A DNA stretch of 64,000 bases from Vermamoeba vermiformis (Eukaryota), in the NCBI GenBank assembly GCA_045837725.1, contig JBEWZL010000093.1:1-64000 (forward strand). Reading direction: 5' to 3'. Position numbers and translations under genes: made by a program. Under the pieces are notes generated by a model that was not told the origin of the DNA, ran no database searches, and worked only from the letters and a program-made list of their open reading frames with translations. Shown one piece after another: positions 10,006 through 24,269 of this stretch. Positions within the stretch are counted from its first letter, which is position 1. Every line of letters begins with the position of its first letter.

Positions 10006-13000
10006 ATGGCAAGTAAGTTTTGGCAAGTCGCGCGCGGCTAAAGATAAATTTAAAACTGCATTCAAAGGCACTACCACACTAGGCCATAGTTATATAGTTA
10101 TATCATTTATTATTAAGGCCTAATACGGAGTCGCTGATGGAAAAAGAGAAGGTGGAAACAAATCCACGGTCTCCACCGGACCAGCGGCTTGCAGAAGTAA
10201 GTTAATACTACCGAATCGCATCATTTAAATTATTTAGCTCATTATACTGTATTAGAAACTGCTCAATGAGACGGAGGCGACTTTAAATCTGATTTTCGAT
10301 GATCTTCCCGACAAGAACATGGAGTCTATGCTCGTAGATAGCTTGTATCAGGTAATAATGATTCACAGATCAAAGCTCTATTTGAGTGATAGCCTAACTG
10401 CTGCGTGTAGTTTTACGAGACGCGTAAATCCGGAACTAAATTTCTGAACTGGGCTGTTCGAAGCGAAGTCGTTAACCGAGGTATGATGTCGATGATATAT
10501 ATCGATGCTCTAAGTTTGCCATTATATATATTAATATTGCCTTGATTCTAGAATTGCCCGAGGAACTGTTCAAACTGGCCACACCGACTACGCAAGTGAT
10601 GATGCATTTCATGTTTGACGAGCGCGGCGTTAATTTCATGAAGGTGCGTATCTCAATTTTCACCACCTATATTTAAAATCTCCTTATTCAAGTACAATAA
10701 TTAAAAATTGTCCGACCTAACGGAGTTATTATTTGGCACGAGGAAAATTAAATTTCAAATTTTGCAGGAGGTCCTAGTCCCTGTTATAAATAAAATACGT
10801 CGTATTGTCGACCGAGAACGAGAAAAAGAGCGAGATCTGCTAACGGCTTCGAGCTCATCTCGATCCTCAACTTCAACTTGGGACACGAGCGATTATTCGA
10901 TATCGGAGCGAGAAAGAGATGGCGATAGTATCTCGCAGTCTATGGAAGCCTTGGATATAATGAGCGAGATGAGCACTACTCCCGTAAGTTTTGATTAAAA
11001 AAAGATCTGCCGACAAAAAAACCCAAATTAATTATTTCCTTATTAGGAATCTTCTGTCAAAGAGGCTGAAGCAGTGCCTAACCCTGTCTTATTACTGGCA
11101 TGCGATGAGATCATTGATAACTTGCAAGAGAATTTGGCCTCGTTCCCATTGTACGTAACGTACCATTTCCATTTAAGGAAATTTCGCACCAGTGTCACGT
11201 GCTCTAACTCATTCATTTTTGCAGATTCATGCGCGAAGGATTGCTCACGTTGCACGAAGAGTGCATGAAGAAGCATCCCAAAGTCGACAACATTGTGCCC
11301 GTGGTGTTGTTTTTGCGCTTTATTTGTCCGACTTTGGTGCAACCGACCGTGTTTGGCCTATTAGAAGGTAAATATAACTTAATGACACTATATTTAGCCT
11401 GTTATCCACATACTTTAACTTATTTCAAATTATTTCAAATTGTGTTCGGATCAAGCTCCAGAGAGAAATTTTAGGCAAAACTTACATTTATATTAATTAT
11501 AATTGATTTTTGACGTATTAAATCTTCTTGCCAATTTTGGAAAGTTTTCAATAGTTCTTTCAGAATCGAGTACTAACGTCTTGTGTGCGGTGTGCGCAGA
11601 AACGTTGAGCCCAGCTGCGTTCCAAACGACGCTGTTAGTGACGCGCATCGTGCAACACATCGCGCTGTCGTGCTCATCAGAACTGAAGAAGAAGTTGGAC
11701 CCGAAACTGCCCAACAGACTCGACGACAAGGACGTCAAGAAGTACATTGAGAACAACACCGCTAAAGTCAAAGATTTTGCCGACAAAGTCATCGTAAGTA
11801 ACAAAGATATTACGGCTTATAGTCCTCGAAAATCATTAATTTAATTATTTCCTTTTTAGGACGGAGATAATATTGCGTTTTGTCGCAAGATGATTAACGC
11901 TTCAGTGAAACGAGTGGATCCGCCAAAAGAATTGCTCGACGAGACCTTGCAACGAGTGCACGATGTACTAGTGCACATTGACAAGGTGAAGCGACAAAAC
12001 AGGGCTGAGAGGAATAACAACGGCAAGTACTTGTCGGATCTGATTCCGCTCAACGTAGAAATTGCGGAATTATTGTCGCCGAGAGGCTCTAATGATCCCA
12101 CTGAGGTAATTACACTAAATAATTATGACCCAAAGCGCCTTTAAAATGAAATTTTTATCAAGTTTATTTTTGTACTTCCGCAACTTATAACTGCAGACGT
12201 TACTTTCCTTTATATGGTAATACTGGGTTCAGGAGTGAGTGCTAATTGTCCTATTTTTGTGCAGAAAAAGCCGTCAGCCTCAGATCGCGATGTGGTCGGT
12301 TGGATCCCGCCTTGGGTCCGTCGTCGTACACTACAAGACATTGACGGCGTGCAATACACATTTGGCGATGTGATGGCCGAAAATGGCAAGACCTGTCTCG
12401 TGCTCCTGCGTCACTTTGGGTGGTACGTTCACTGAAAACACGTGTCAAAAGTGTCATCCTCACGATACCTTTGCATTTTCAGAGTGACGTGTCGGAGATC
12501 AGCGGACAGGCTGACTCAGATCCACAGCTATTTTCAAAGGCTGTAAGTACCGTTAGATTTCCTAGTAAGGCAAAAAAAAACTGATCTGCTCGATTTTCAT
12601 GAACAGCGAAAATTCATTGTTATTTCGAGTGGAACGATACTAATTTGGTTATTTTCCTCTTACAGTGGTGTGCATCTTGTAGCGATTGGTTCAGGAACTG
12701 CAAAGATGGCGATGGATTTCAAACAACGACAAAATTTTGCTGGTCAGATCTACGTCGATCCGTCGAGGACAATCTACGACGATTTGAACTGCAAACGCGG
12801 CTGGAAAGCTGTACGTAGAATTAATGGACGGACTATATCATTTTTTTTACTGATTCGTTTTTTAGGCACTGTTCAATATGAAAGTTCTCAAGTCCGTTAA
12901 AACAGCGTTCAAAGAGGGCTACAGACAAGGCAAGACGCAAGGTGACATGACGTAAGTACTCAACAATGGCACGTGCTTGCCAAATAAGGAAATATGCAAG

Positions 13001-13533
13001 ACATGCCTTCTCGAGATCTCATTCTTACAGTTGGTTTTGACAGTCAAAACGGCGGTCTGTTCGTGATTGAAGGCGGAGATCGCGTGCTGTACGAACACGT
13101 GGAGGCATTTGCAGGCGATCATCCAGACCTCAAACACGTGTTGACGGCGTGTGGGGCCAGCGAGGACATGTTGAGCGAGTATCAGCGTACGTATTCTAAA
13201 TAAGGATACTCATTCAATAAGCGAACATTGAACATAACCTCGTTCATGAAATCACGTTCATTTTCCAAATTTAGTAAAGAACAATCGTGCTGGAATTAAA
13301 TCCCATCGCACCTTCATTATGAACTGCTAATTTTTTCACGTGGAGATGTGGACAGATATTAATGTTATTTTTGCCTTGTAGTGAACATCGTGACGCCAAA
13401 ACAAGTGAAGCGTGAAGCGAAGAAGAAAATGAAAGATCAAAAACGACTCGAGAAAGAGGCGCACAAACAGCGCATGAAAGAGTACAAAGAGCGCAAGAAC
13501 GCGTTGAAGAAACAGCTCGACATTAAGAACTAG
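10006..13533 (+). CDS. RasGAP-like domain fused to an AhpC/TSA-2 (SelU/SelL/PRXL2-like) thioredoxin-fold domain with in-frame UGA (probable selenocysteine), then a Lys/Glu-rich tail
   Basis: RasGAP-like exons: 'FLNWAVRSEV..ELPEELFKLATPTTQVMMHF...GVNFMKEVLVPVINKI' and 'VLFLRFICPTLVQPTVFGL'. A phase-0 intron 12106-12264 joins these to 'KKPS...TCLVLLRHFG'. Intron 12423-12482 yields TG|A, giving RHFG-U-VTCRR. Later exons encode 'GVHLVAIGSG', 'IYVDPSRTIYDDL', 'GDMTQNGGLFVI' and 'AGDHPD'. Last exon is 13382-13533. Confidence 0.8.
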
Positions 13534-13794
13534 ACACTATTAGTATTTATTTATTATCAATATCGATATTATTATACTTGTATTATATAGAGGTGAAGCA
13601 CAAGTGGAGGTTTCGCAAGATGGAAAAGAAGAATTGAAATTTTTGCAAAGTCTCGCATCCATCGCTACGCACACAAATGAGACTTTGCAAGAATTCTATT
13701 CGTGATCTTACCGAAGATTTTGCTACGAACAGCGTTGGATTGCCTTTTATGGCAACTCGAGCGGTCTGATCTTTTCAACCTTTGAGGTCGGATC

Positions 13795-13862
13795 TGCTCG
13801 AGCGATAATTTCGTGAATGACCGAGACTGAATTAACTCACCCCTCATCGGGATCATTGAGCT
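13795..13862 (+). promoter_or_regulatory. Candidate eukaryotic SECIS element in the 3' UTR of the UGA-containing gene
   Basis: ATGA at 13817-13820 and GA at 13851-13852 form the AUGA/GA core. Flanking GTGA/TCAT, CGA/TCG and TGA/TCA can pair, with apical unpaired AA (13830-31 or 13834-35). It lies about 280 nt after the stop codon and before AATAAA at 13955-13960. Helix II is imperfect by eye. Confidence 0.5.
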
Positions 13863-14019
13863 TCAGTACTCGCGACAACATCACCCAAATTTGGAATTAT
13901 CTCTGACGCTCTTGTCGCGGATTTTTGTAAGAAAAACATCCGTGCGAGATCTCCAATAAAAGCTTCTTACGATAAGTGATTCTTATTAATATTGAAAATG
14001 CATTTTACAGTTGACATCG

Positions 14020-14235
14020 GGGAGAGCAAAAAGAGGAACCGAAGAGGAAAGAAGGAGCCAAAAGGAAAAACACCGCGAAAAAAAAGAGAAAAAAAAAGGG
14101 AAAGAGAAAAAAGAACAAAAGAAGAAGAAGACGAAGTGGAAAAAAAAGGGAGAGAAGAAGAGAGACGAAAGAGAGGGGAGGGAGAGTAAGGAGCGAAAAG
14201 TTATAAGAAAAGTCTTTTTGAGGGAATTGGGGGGT
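14020..14235. repeat. Low-complexity purine (A/G)-rich tract
   Basis: Almost only A and G on the + strand with long A runs. The Lys/Glu/Arg-rich ORFs in two frames are compositional. It may be low-quality sequence. Confidence 0.6.
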
Positions 14236-14354
14236 TGCAAGTTGCTTGTTAGGAACATTCTAACATGACTGCGTAATAATAAAAGAAAGACGGTACTGCG
14301 AGTTTGTTTTCAAATGTACATGTTATTTTAGTTTAATTAATTACAACAAACGAT

Positions 14355-17122
<2,768 letters not shown>

Positions 17123-17288
17123 TTTTGCAAATTATGAATTACTCGTCTAATTGTGTTCTAGAGTTTAACTGAGCAAGAAAGTTGAGAAAAAATTCCATTT
17201 TTGAAATTTAATTTCTCCTATGAGGTCACTGTGCACAAACTATGTACCACCTGCACCATTGAAATTTTTTTTAAATAAGACTACATGT

Positions 17289-19720
17289 TTAATAGATTAC
17301 TAATAATAAAGTACAACAGATCAGGGCTTGCAATTGTCCGACAGTGATTTGGATCGAGTCGCTCGTAGCTTTTTTACCAGGAGATGCTGCTGGAGTGCCA
17401 CCATTGTTCGGCGTAGTACCATCAGACCCCTGTAACGCTTGTTGCAAAGCATCAAAGTCCACACCTGGATCCGATCCGTCCGAAGCTTGACCTTTGTACG
17501 GCGAATCATCAGCCAATCTATAATCATCACCATTATAGTCCTTAAACTTCACGACACTAACGCCAGTGCTATTATCTCCCGGCCAGAAATTTCCACTTGG
17601 AAATCCAGGCTCGTACATCGCCTTATCGCCATCGAGGGTCGTAATAATTACATTGTGCGTAAATTCGTAACTCGGATTCGGAATTTCCAAAGCAAAGTTA
17701 TTCAATAAGTCAATAGCAGTAGTTAGTGTATTAGACTGGACTTGTGTCGGAAGATAATCAGGCTCTGACCAACGGATCCCCGCACCTCCTCCAGCATCGC
17801 CCTTATTAAGCCACAAAATATTGTCGCGCATAACTAACCCATTTTGTGCGGCATAAGAGCCGTGCAAAAAAGCAGGGCCAGTGCCTTTCGGATAAATAAT
17901 AGTGTTGTGTATGAACTGAATGTCTTCGCCTCCCAGAGCCAACGCCAATATTTGACCGCGAGTAGGACCGTATATATTATCAGCCCAGTGCAGTGCATTG
18001 ATGTCATAGAACAAATTGTTTGCAATCAAATACCGAGCTGAAACTTTGGTACTGCGATAACCTAAAACAATTTTAATGAGTATTTTTACTAATAAATTTG
18101 AACAATTGTCTGCTTACCGACATCGTCTTGACCAGTGATTTGAATGCCACCACTACCGTGTCTGAATATATTATGGCGAATAGTAACGTCGGAAATTTCG
18201 GCTTCGTTCGTCAACGGAAGATTTTCTGGAGCTCGGGGAGTAATAATAATTGCTTGACCGCCTGATAACGTCGACCAATAGCTCTCGATGATATTTCCTT
18301 CGAAAAGAACTCTTCTGCCGCGCTTCAACTCAATTGGTCCTCTAACATCACGAGATCCTGCTCCATCGTAGGTATCAGATCCAGGTCGGTGCAGTTCATC
18401 GTAGGAAAAGATATTCCGTCGAATCTCAAAGTCGTCACGTGGGAGAGTAGGATCATCGTCATTAGCAAACAATAATATTCCGCTGCCACGAATAAAATTG
18501 TCGGTAACTTTGAACGGGCCTGCGCGACCAATGATGTTGATGGCTTGAGACGTCGTAGCGCCAGCTCGAAAATCAATAAGTGACCCAACCACAGCCATGT
18601 AGTTGCCACTCATTGACAATGTTGACCTAAGTTCGGCGGTATTGACTTTAGGGTTCCTAAGTATGCATCGATCAAAAGTGATCCGCTCATTTTCTCCTTC
18701 GGCAAAAACTAAACCGCTAATATAAAATATGTGCTTAGCAGGCGTAGTAAATTCGATGCCTAAGAAGTACAAGCCGACTTGACCGGTCATATAAACGGCT
18801 GTTCCGCCCAATCCGCCAAAATTAGGTTTTCGAGCCAACCAGATTCCACCATTGACGTCATAGCAATAGTAAAGTCCATTCGATTCATAAGGGATGTAGA
18901 AATAATAGTCGCCGATATTGCACTGACCTGTTGGAATGGTCTCTCCCTTGTTTTGGGTGATTTCAGTTAGGGATCCGCCGTTACAAATAACGTAGTATTT
19001 GTTATTCGTATCATAATAAACCTTGCCTTCTTCGCAAGTTGATCCAGGTGCGCCAAAGGTAGCGGGAAGTACCGTATTGTAGATCTTGGCCATGTTGGAC
19101 GCGTAAATATCTTGATCTGCTGGATCCATTCGAGTTTTGGGAGGAGGCAACGAACTAACGTCTGATGATCGAATTAAGATAGTACCGCTACGATTTTGGG
19201 GCGTAATAAATTCTACGGCAGCGCAAATAGCACCAGAAGGAATGACGATCTCGTGGTTCAAGTTTGGATCTTCTTGCAATACCAACGAGTACTTCGCTTC
19301 GAGATCGGTGCAGAAATCATTGACCTGAAAGGTCTTGCCAGTTATGGTAGGAACTTCTACTTCAAACATTTTCGGCAAAGTTGGCGTTGACGACGAAGAT
19401 TCGGATGTGGTCAGCTGTTGTTGGTCGGAACAAGCCGATTGATCGAGACATATTCTAAAATACGTTACTGAGTTCGGAGCCATGCCAGTGATAACAAGAG
19501 CACCCGTAGTTTTGCCGCCGGGCACTGATTTGGGTAATGATTTGAATCCGTAACTTGTTGTGGGTCCATATTCGACGTAATATGTGCCAGGTGTGTCTGT
19601 TGTCCAACCAATTCTAGCAGAGGAATGGGAGATGCCGTTGACTAACACATCTGAGATTACAAGAGCAGCGGAAAGATTGGCCAAACATAACAACAGTCCA
19701 AATAGTAAATTTCTCTCCAT
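17289..19720 (-). CDS. Secreted or surface protein: N-terminal Fn3-like domain, right-handed parallel beta-helix, C-terminal hydrophobic (GPI-like) tail
   Basis: Two long ORFs are joined by one 56-nt intron (18062-18117). Signal peptide MERNLLFGLLLCLANLSAA; 'SARIGWTTD..GTYYVEYGPTTSYG'; beta-helix turns 'IRRNIF', 'IELKRGRRVLFEGNIIE', 'DVTIRHNIFRH', 'IANNLF', 'FIHNTI'; 'DYRLADDSPYKGQASDGSDPGVD'; ends 'LICCTLLLVIY'. Confidence 0.8.
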
Positions 19721-20111
19721 ATTTTATGAATTAATCTTGCTCGCTGTAATTTAAATTATTTTAATACAGATCTAATTTTGGATAATTTTGGAAGGGTTCG
19801 ATGAATCGGGCACGTGGTGCATAACAAATTTAGATTACAACGAAGTTAGTACGTTTTGTAATGCGTTCTTATTATTGAATTTAAATCTAAAATTCGAAAT
19901 CAAGTTACTTTGGCTTGGATGGACCACAAAAACTGCTCTTGTGCTGGATCTACTTTTGATGGATGAGTGACTTCGATCACTGGTGATCAATGTAATACCT
20001 ATGAAGATTTGGTTTGGTGGTGTCCAGAACTGCCTGGTCAAAAAATAATGAGAAAACCCATTCCGCTCAGTTAACTATTTTGCATTATCTTTTGCACAAA
20101 TACGACAACAA

Positions 20112-21275
20112 ATGTCAATAAGAGTTTTATTGCTGATTGCTTTCGCTGCAGTCCTGGCAGTTGGCTATTGTTCAGTTATGCCCGAGTATTCGAGCATCTT
20201 GCTTACTGACGTTAAAGCCCTTACCTTATATAAGGATAAATATACTACCGCTCGTAGAGTCGAGCCGATCCTACAGGTACGACGTTTAAGTCAAGATCAA
20301 CAAATTTAAAAATTGGAATTCGCTTCAAAAATTCTGAAAATTGAAAATACAAATACTCAAAAATAGTGCATAATGAGGCACAGATATTAAAATTATAAAG
20401 AGGTCTGAAGAGTGAAATTGAAATGCTATTTACTAACGGTCGATGAAATTTAGTTACAATGCCTTGGTGGAGCCGCACAATACGCCACGCAATATCAGCC
20501 TGACGTAGTTCAATGTCGAAATGTTGGAACTGATGATAAAGGAGGTAAGCGAAGCCCGGATCGGAATTGTACACGTCACCAAAAACTCCTAATTTTCTGT
20601 GAACGACCCTTTCTAATGCTGTTATTACTGTAGAGGTCCAATGGGAGTGTACCGCTGAATTAGAGCCTGAAGTTAAATTTGGTCGATTGGAGGTGAACTG
20701 CGAAGGCTACGACTACGCTGACGATCCGTAAGAAACCTTAGAGTTCCGTTGCACTTCTTTTTGTGTTGTTAACTATTTATTAGGTATATCTTGCAAGGTA
20801 GTTGCGGCATGGCGTACACGCTTGGAATACACAGGGTACTATTACCAACAACATCCGACCGCAGCGAAGTCAAAGGGCTTGTCAGTTGCTGCTATTTTGG
20901 GCTTTATAGGAATTTTCATTGCCATTGGCATTGTTTGCTCGGATAGTACGTGCACGCTACTGCCACTGTTGTTAAACCTTCAGGAATTTTATTAACTTAA
21001 CTTCCTTATTTTCAGAGCGTCGATCTGTAAACACGTACGGCTCTAACAATGGATTTTGGTCTGGTTTTATTGCAGGCGCTGCGAGCAGAAGGTAAGAACG
21101 ATGTTTGCTGAATGGATGTGCCACACGTTACATCCGTGCACCAAAAGCGCTACAAAGAATTTGCATTAACATAGCTTGGATGTACAGTGGTGGATATCGC
21201 AGTTCAAGTGTAAGAACTTCATCTAGAAGCTCGTCACGCAGTTCTTCGGGCTTTGGTGGCACTAAACGCCGATAA
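20112..21275 (+). CDS. SARAF: Store-operated calcium entry-associated regulatory factor (SARAF/TMEM66 family)
   Basis: Signal peptide, then 'LLTDVKALTLYKDKYTTARRVEPILQLQC.GG', 'PDVVQCRN.G', 'VQWECTAEL...VKFGRLEVNCEGYDYADDPYILQGSCG', a transmembrane segment, 'GFWSGF' and the family C-terminus 'SSGFGGTKRR*'. Confidence 0.93.
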
Positions 21276-21504
21276 AAGTGATGGCCATTCTATTGTACGA
21301 GAAGAAAATATTGCGCTATTTTACTGATGTCCCCACTAATGTATATATAATATCTTTGTAATTACACGGCAAGCTTTCTTTTAAAAATCCAATGTCGCCC
21401 GAGAACGAAGGCTCGTCTCCTTTTTTGGATGTGGTTACATGAATTCGGCCTCGTGGTTTTAGCTAAAACATATATTTTTGCATTTAGATACGTTGAATAC
21501 AACA

Positions 21505-23450
21505 ATGGTGCGCCGTAGCATCATATTCCTCGCTATATTTTGTCTTGCGAATGTTGTAACCGCATCTGTTTGTGTACCCGAACCTTTCAACTTTATTGAC
21601 TACCAATATGGGGGATCATGCGAAGACAATATTCCTATCAAAATAGCAGCTGACTCCAGAGGAATGCAATTCACTACCACCTTGGCAAATTGCACCGACA
21701 ATAAATTCGACATCTACCAAAGTAACCTCGGTAAAATCCCTGAGCTAACGCTTGGGGATTATTTCGAGTACACCATATGGTGGTCTGAATATAACACGCA
21801 ATGCATTGCAGATTTATATTATTACAATGGAACAAGCATAAATATGCGAGATAAAGCAGTAGTCGACCAAAATGGTATCCCACAGCATCCTCTAGTTACA
21901 GTAAGTTACAATATTATTTCTAGCGGCCTATTAAAAATACACAGTTATGAATTGTACCCTGTAATTTCGAGACAGAAATTAAGTAATTATTGTTGTACAG
22001 GCTGTTGGTCAATACGCCTACGGTCAATGGTATACGCGTAGAATACTCTTGCCATGGGACATTTTCGGGTAAGTTCAACATCTCTATTTGAAAGACCTGT
22101 CGATCTCAAAACTTTTTAGGGATACCGCAATTAGCATTCAGCTTCTTTGTAACGCTTTTATGGCCGCTGGTACTGCGGGCACTAAAACTGCTTGGGTTAA
22201 ATCGATTAGGTAACTACTCTGTCCACTGAGTGGTAGTGGTATTAACGGATGCACATCAGATTTATAGATTCGAACCTTAACCTGCGCAAATCAATCATGG
22301 ATTCGTCGGTTCTGCCCGCTGGATGTCCTACAATCGGTAAGTCTTATTATCTTTACACGGCGTTGCTGACCATCTGACAGACATGTGTGCCTCGAGCTGC
22401 ACAGATGTGTGCCAAGTAATTTCAGACTGCACGTGCAACTCGCCAGCGTACAATGAATGTGCTGCGAACATCACCTGCAATGAAGTTCCAACGTGCTCAT
22501 GTGCTCGAGGCTACTCTGGAGCCAGCTGCGATGAACGTAAGATTAGAGGTGACCTTCGTTTTCGGTGCGTACTAACCTTGTTCATGAATAGCTGTGTGCT
22601 CCAATGGCTGTGCTGCAGGTGAATACTGCGCAGCTCCAGAGGTGTGTAAGTGTGTTGAGACCATTCCAGGCCAGTGTGGTCAAGGTACGTACCCTCAAAC
22701 AGGACTACTCAAACGATACGACTCGTTCTGACGGAACTCTTCTTAATCCGCAGAGTGTGCCTTGCCCAAGCCTACTGAAGAGTCTCTTTGCCGCGTCATT
22801 GATGGCAACCCTACTTGGGTCTACAATCAGACCGTGCAAGTCGCCAACGAGACCATCTCAGTCAACGATAATGTGCTCGTGGTCGGTGACATCGTGTTGG
22901 CCGGGGACAGTGTCGTAGTCGTTAGTAACGGCGCTGTGATTACTGTGACTGGGTGCCCAACCATCAATGGATCTTTGTTGCTGAATCTGAGCTCGGAAGA
23001 AATCTCGGAGATCAATAATAGCGGTGCTATAAATAGAACCGTCTTGTTCTACGATGCCACGTGCAAAGATACTGGCGAGTTCTTGTCAGTTGGAGTCCAA
23101 AACGCACCTGGTAAGCGAAGCAGGATCACGCGAATCTAAATCTCTTGTTGAGACTTACCAATTACTTCTTAGACGATTGCTCGCTGTACACGGGTAGCCA
23201 GCAAAACACGCCGGGAGCAATTGTTATCTTAGTAACCAAGAAGAGCGTGTCTTGCAACTATGTTTCTGATCCGAATGCGCTGCTCCTGCCAGATTGGGCC
23301 ATTGCAGTTCTCGTCGTTGGCTGCGTTGTGCTAGCTGGTGTAGCTATAGCGATTGGTCTTGTGTTAAGAAAGCGAGAGATCGACGCACATCACAGCAATC
23401 TCGAAAAGCGATCTGTGTCGAATTCTAAAAGCACTGCCCAGAGACAATAA
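21505..23450 (+). CDS. Type I membrane protein with Cys-rich/EGF-like repeats and a beta-rich stalk
   Basis: Signal peptide MVRRSIIFLAIFCLANVVTA; EGF-like 'CSCARGYSGASC' and 'C..GEYCAAPEVCKC'; transmembrane 'WAIAVLVVGCVVLAGVAIAIGLVL' followed by RKR; multiple GT-AG introns. Confidence 0.75.
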
Positions 23451-24269
23451 TCCTTGATATTGCCTCGACTAATTGTGTACAGAATTGTGGATGTAAAATA
23501 AAGAGAAATGCTTGCGCAACTCAGGCAAAGGTTTCGAAAAGACAAAGATGAGACGACATCTCTGATGACTTACCACGTAAACTAGCTCCTCCTCGACCTT
23601 GCACTTTAGTAGTACGTAAGTCATCAATGTACCGCGAATAGCAGTGTTACACTAACGGCGGTCAGATCGTGTGTGTCTGGTTGGTAACGGTAACTTTTAC
23701 TCATCGAAGAGTCGACGTGTTGGTTGAGGTATTCTATCTCCTAAATAATTTAGTAATATTGGGATAATTATCTTAATAATTAATAAGAAGAACTGGGCTT
23801 TGGAGGCTTCAGAATTAATATTACTTGTAGTAATTTAAAATTCGGATTAACGCTGGGTTATTTCAAAATAGAGCAGAGTTACTTGAGGACTAGTGGGTTT
23901 CCGTTATGCAGTACCTCGAGTAACGTTGAGGGGCACTGCTGCTTAAAGAACAAGCACAAGCTTCTTTCTGTTGCGTGCGTCGATGTGCTTGTACACCCAC
24001 TCACGCGAAAAGTAATTGCTAATGTTTGTGTGCTTGTAAGTGAATGAGTGTGGTTTAGGACGATTTTGGGAGGCGGTGGTTGTGCACGTTCGACTTGCTA
24101 AGAAATTAAAAGAAGCCCAGCCAAACCTAGGTTTTTTTGTGCTGCCTTCGTGGAAATTGGGTGAAAAGAGTTCGTTGCCAGCACCTAGATGACGATTGTT
24201 ATATAAAGTTAAAGGTATGGTGGCAATAAGCAAGGGAGTAAGAAACAAGAGACCACATATCTACAGAAA

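Noticed and set aside
13986-14268. Overlapping Lys/Arg/Glu-rich and Phe-rich ORFs
   Set aside because: They arise from an A/G low-complexity tract that lacks stop codons; no domain or splice structure, and possibly poor-quality sequence.
23460-24260. Long intergenic stretch with ORF 23943-24248
   Set aside because: No recognisable domain, consistent exon chain or RNA motif that I can support.
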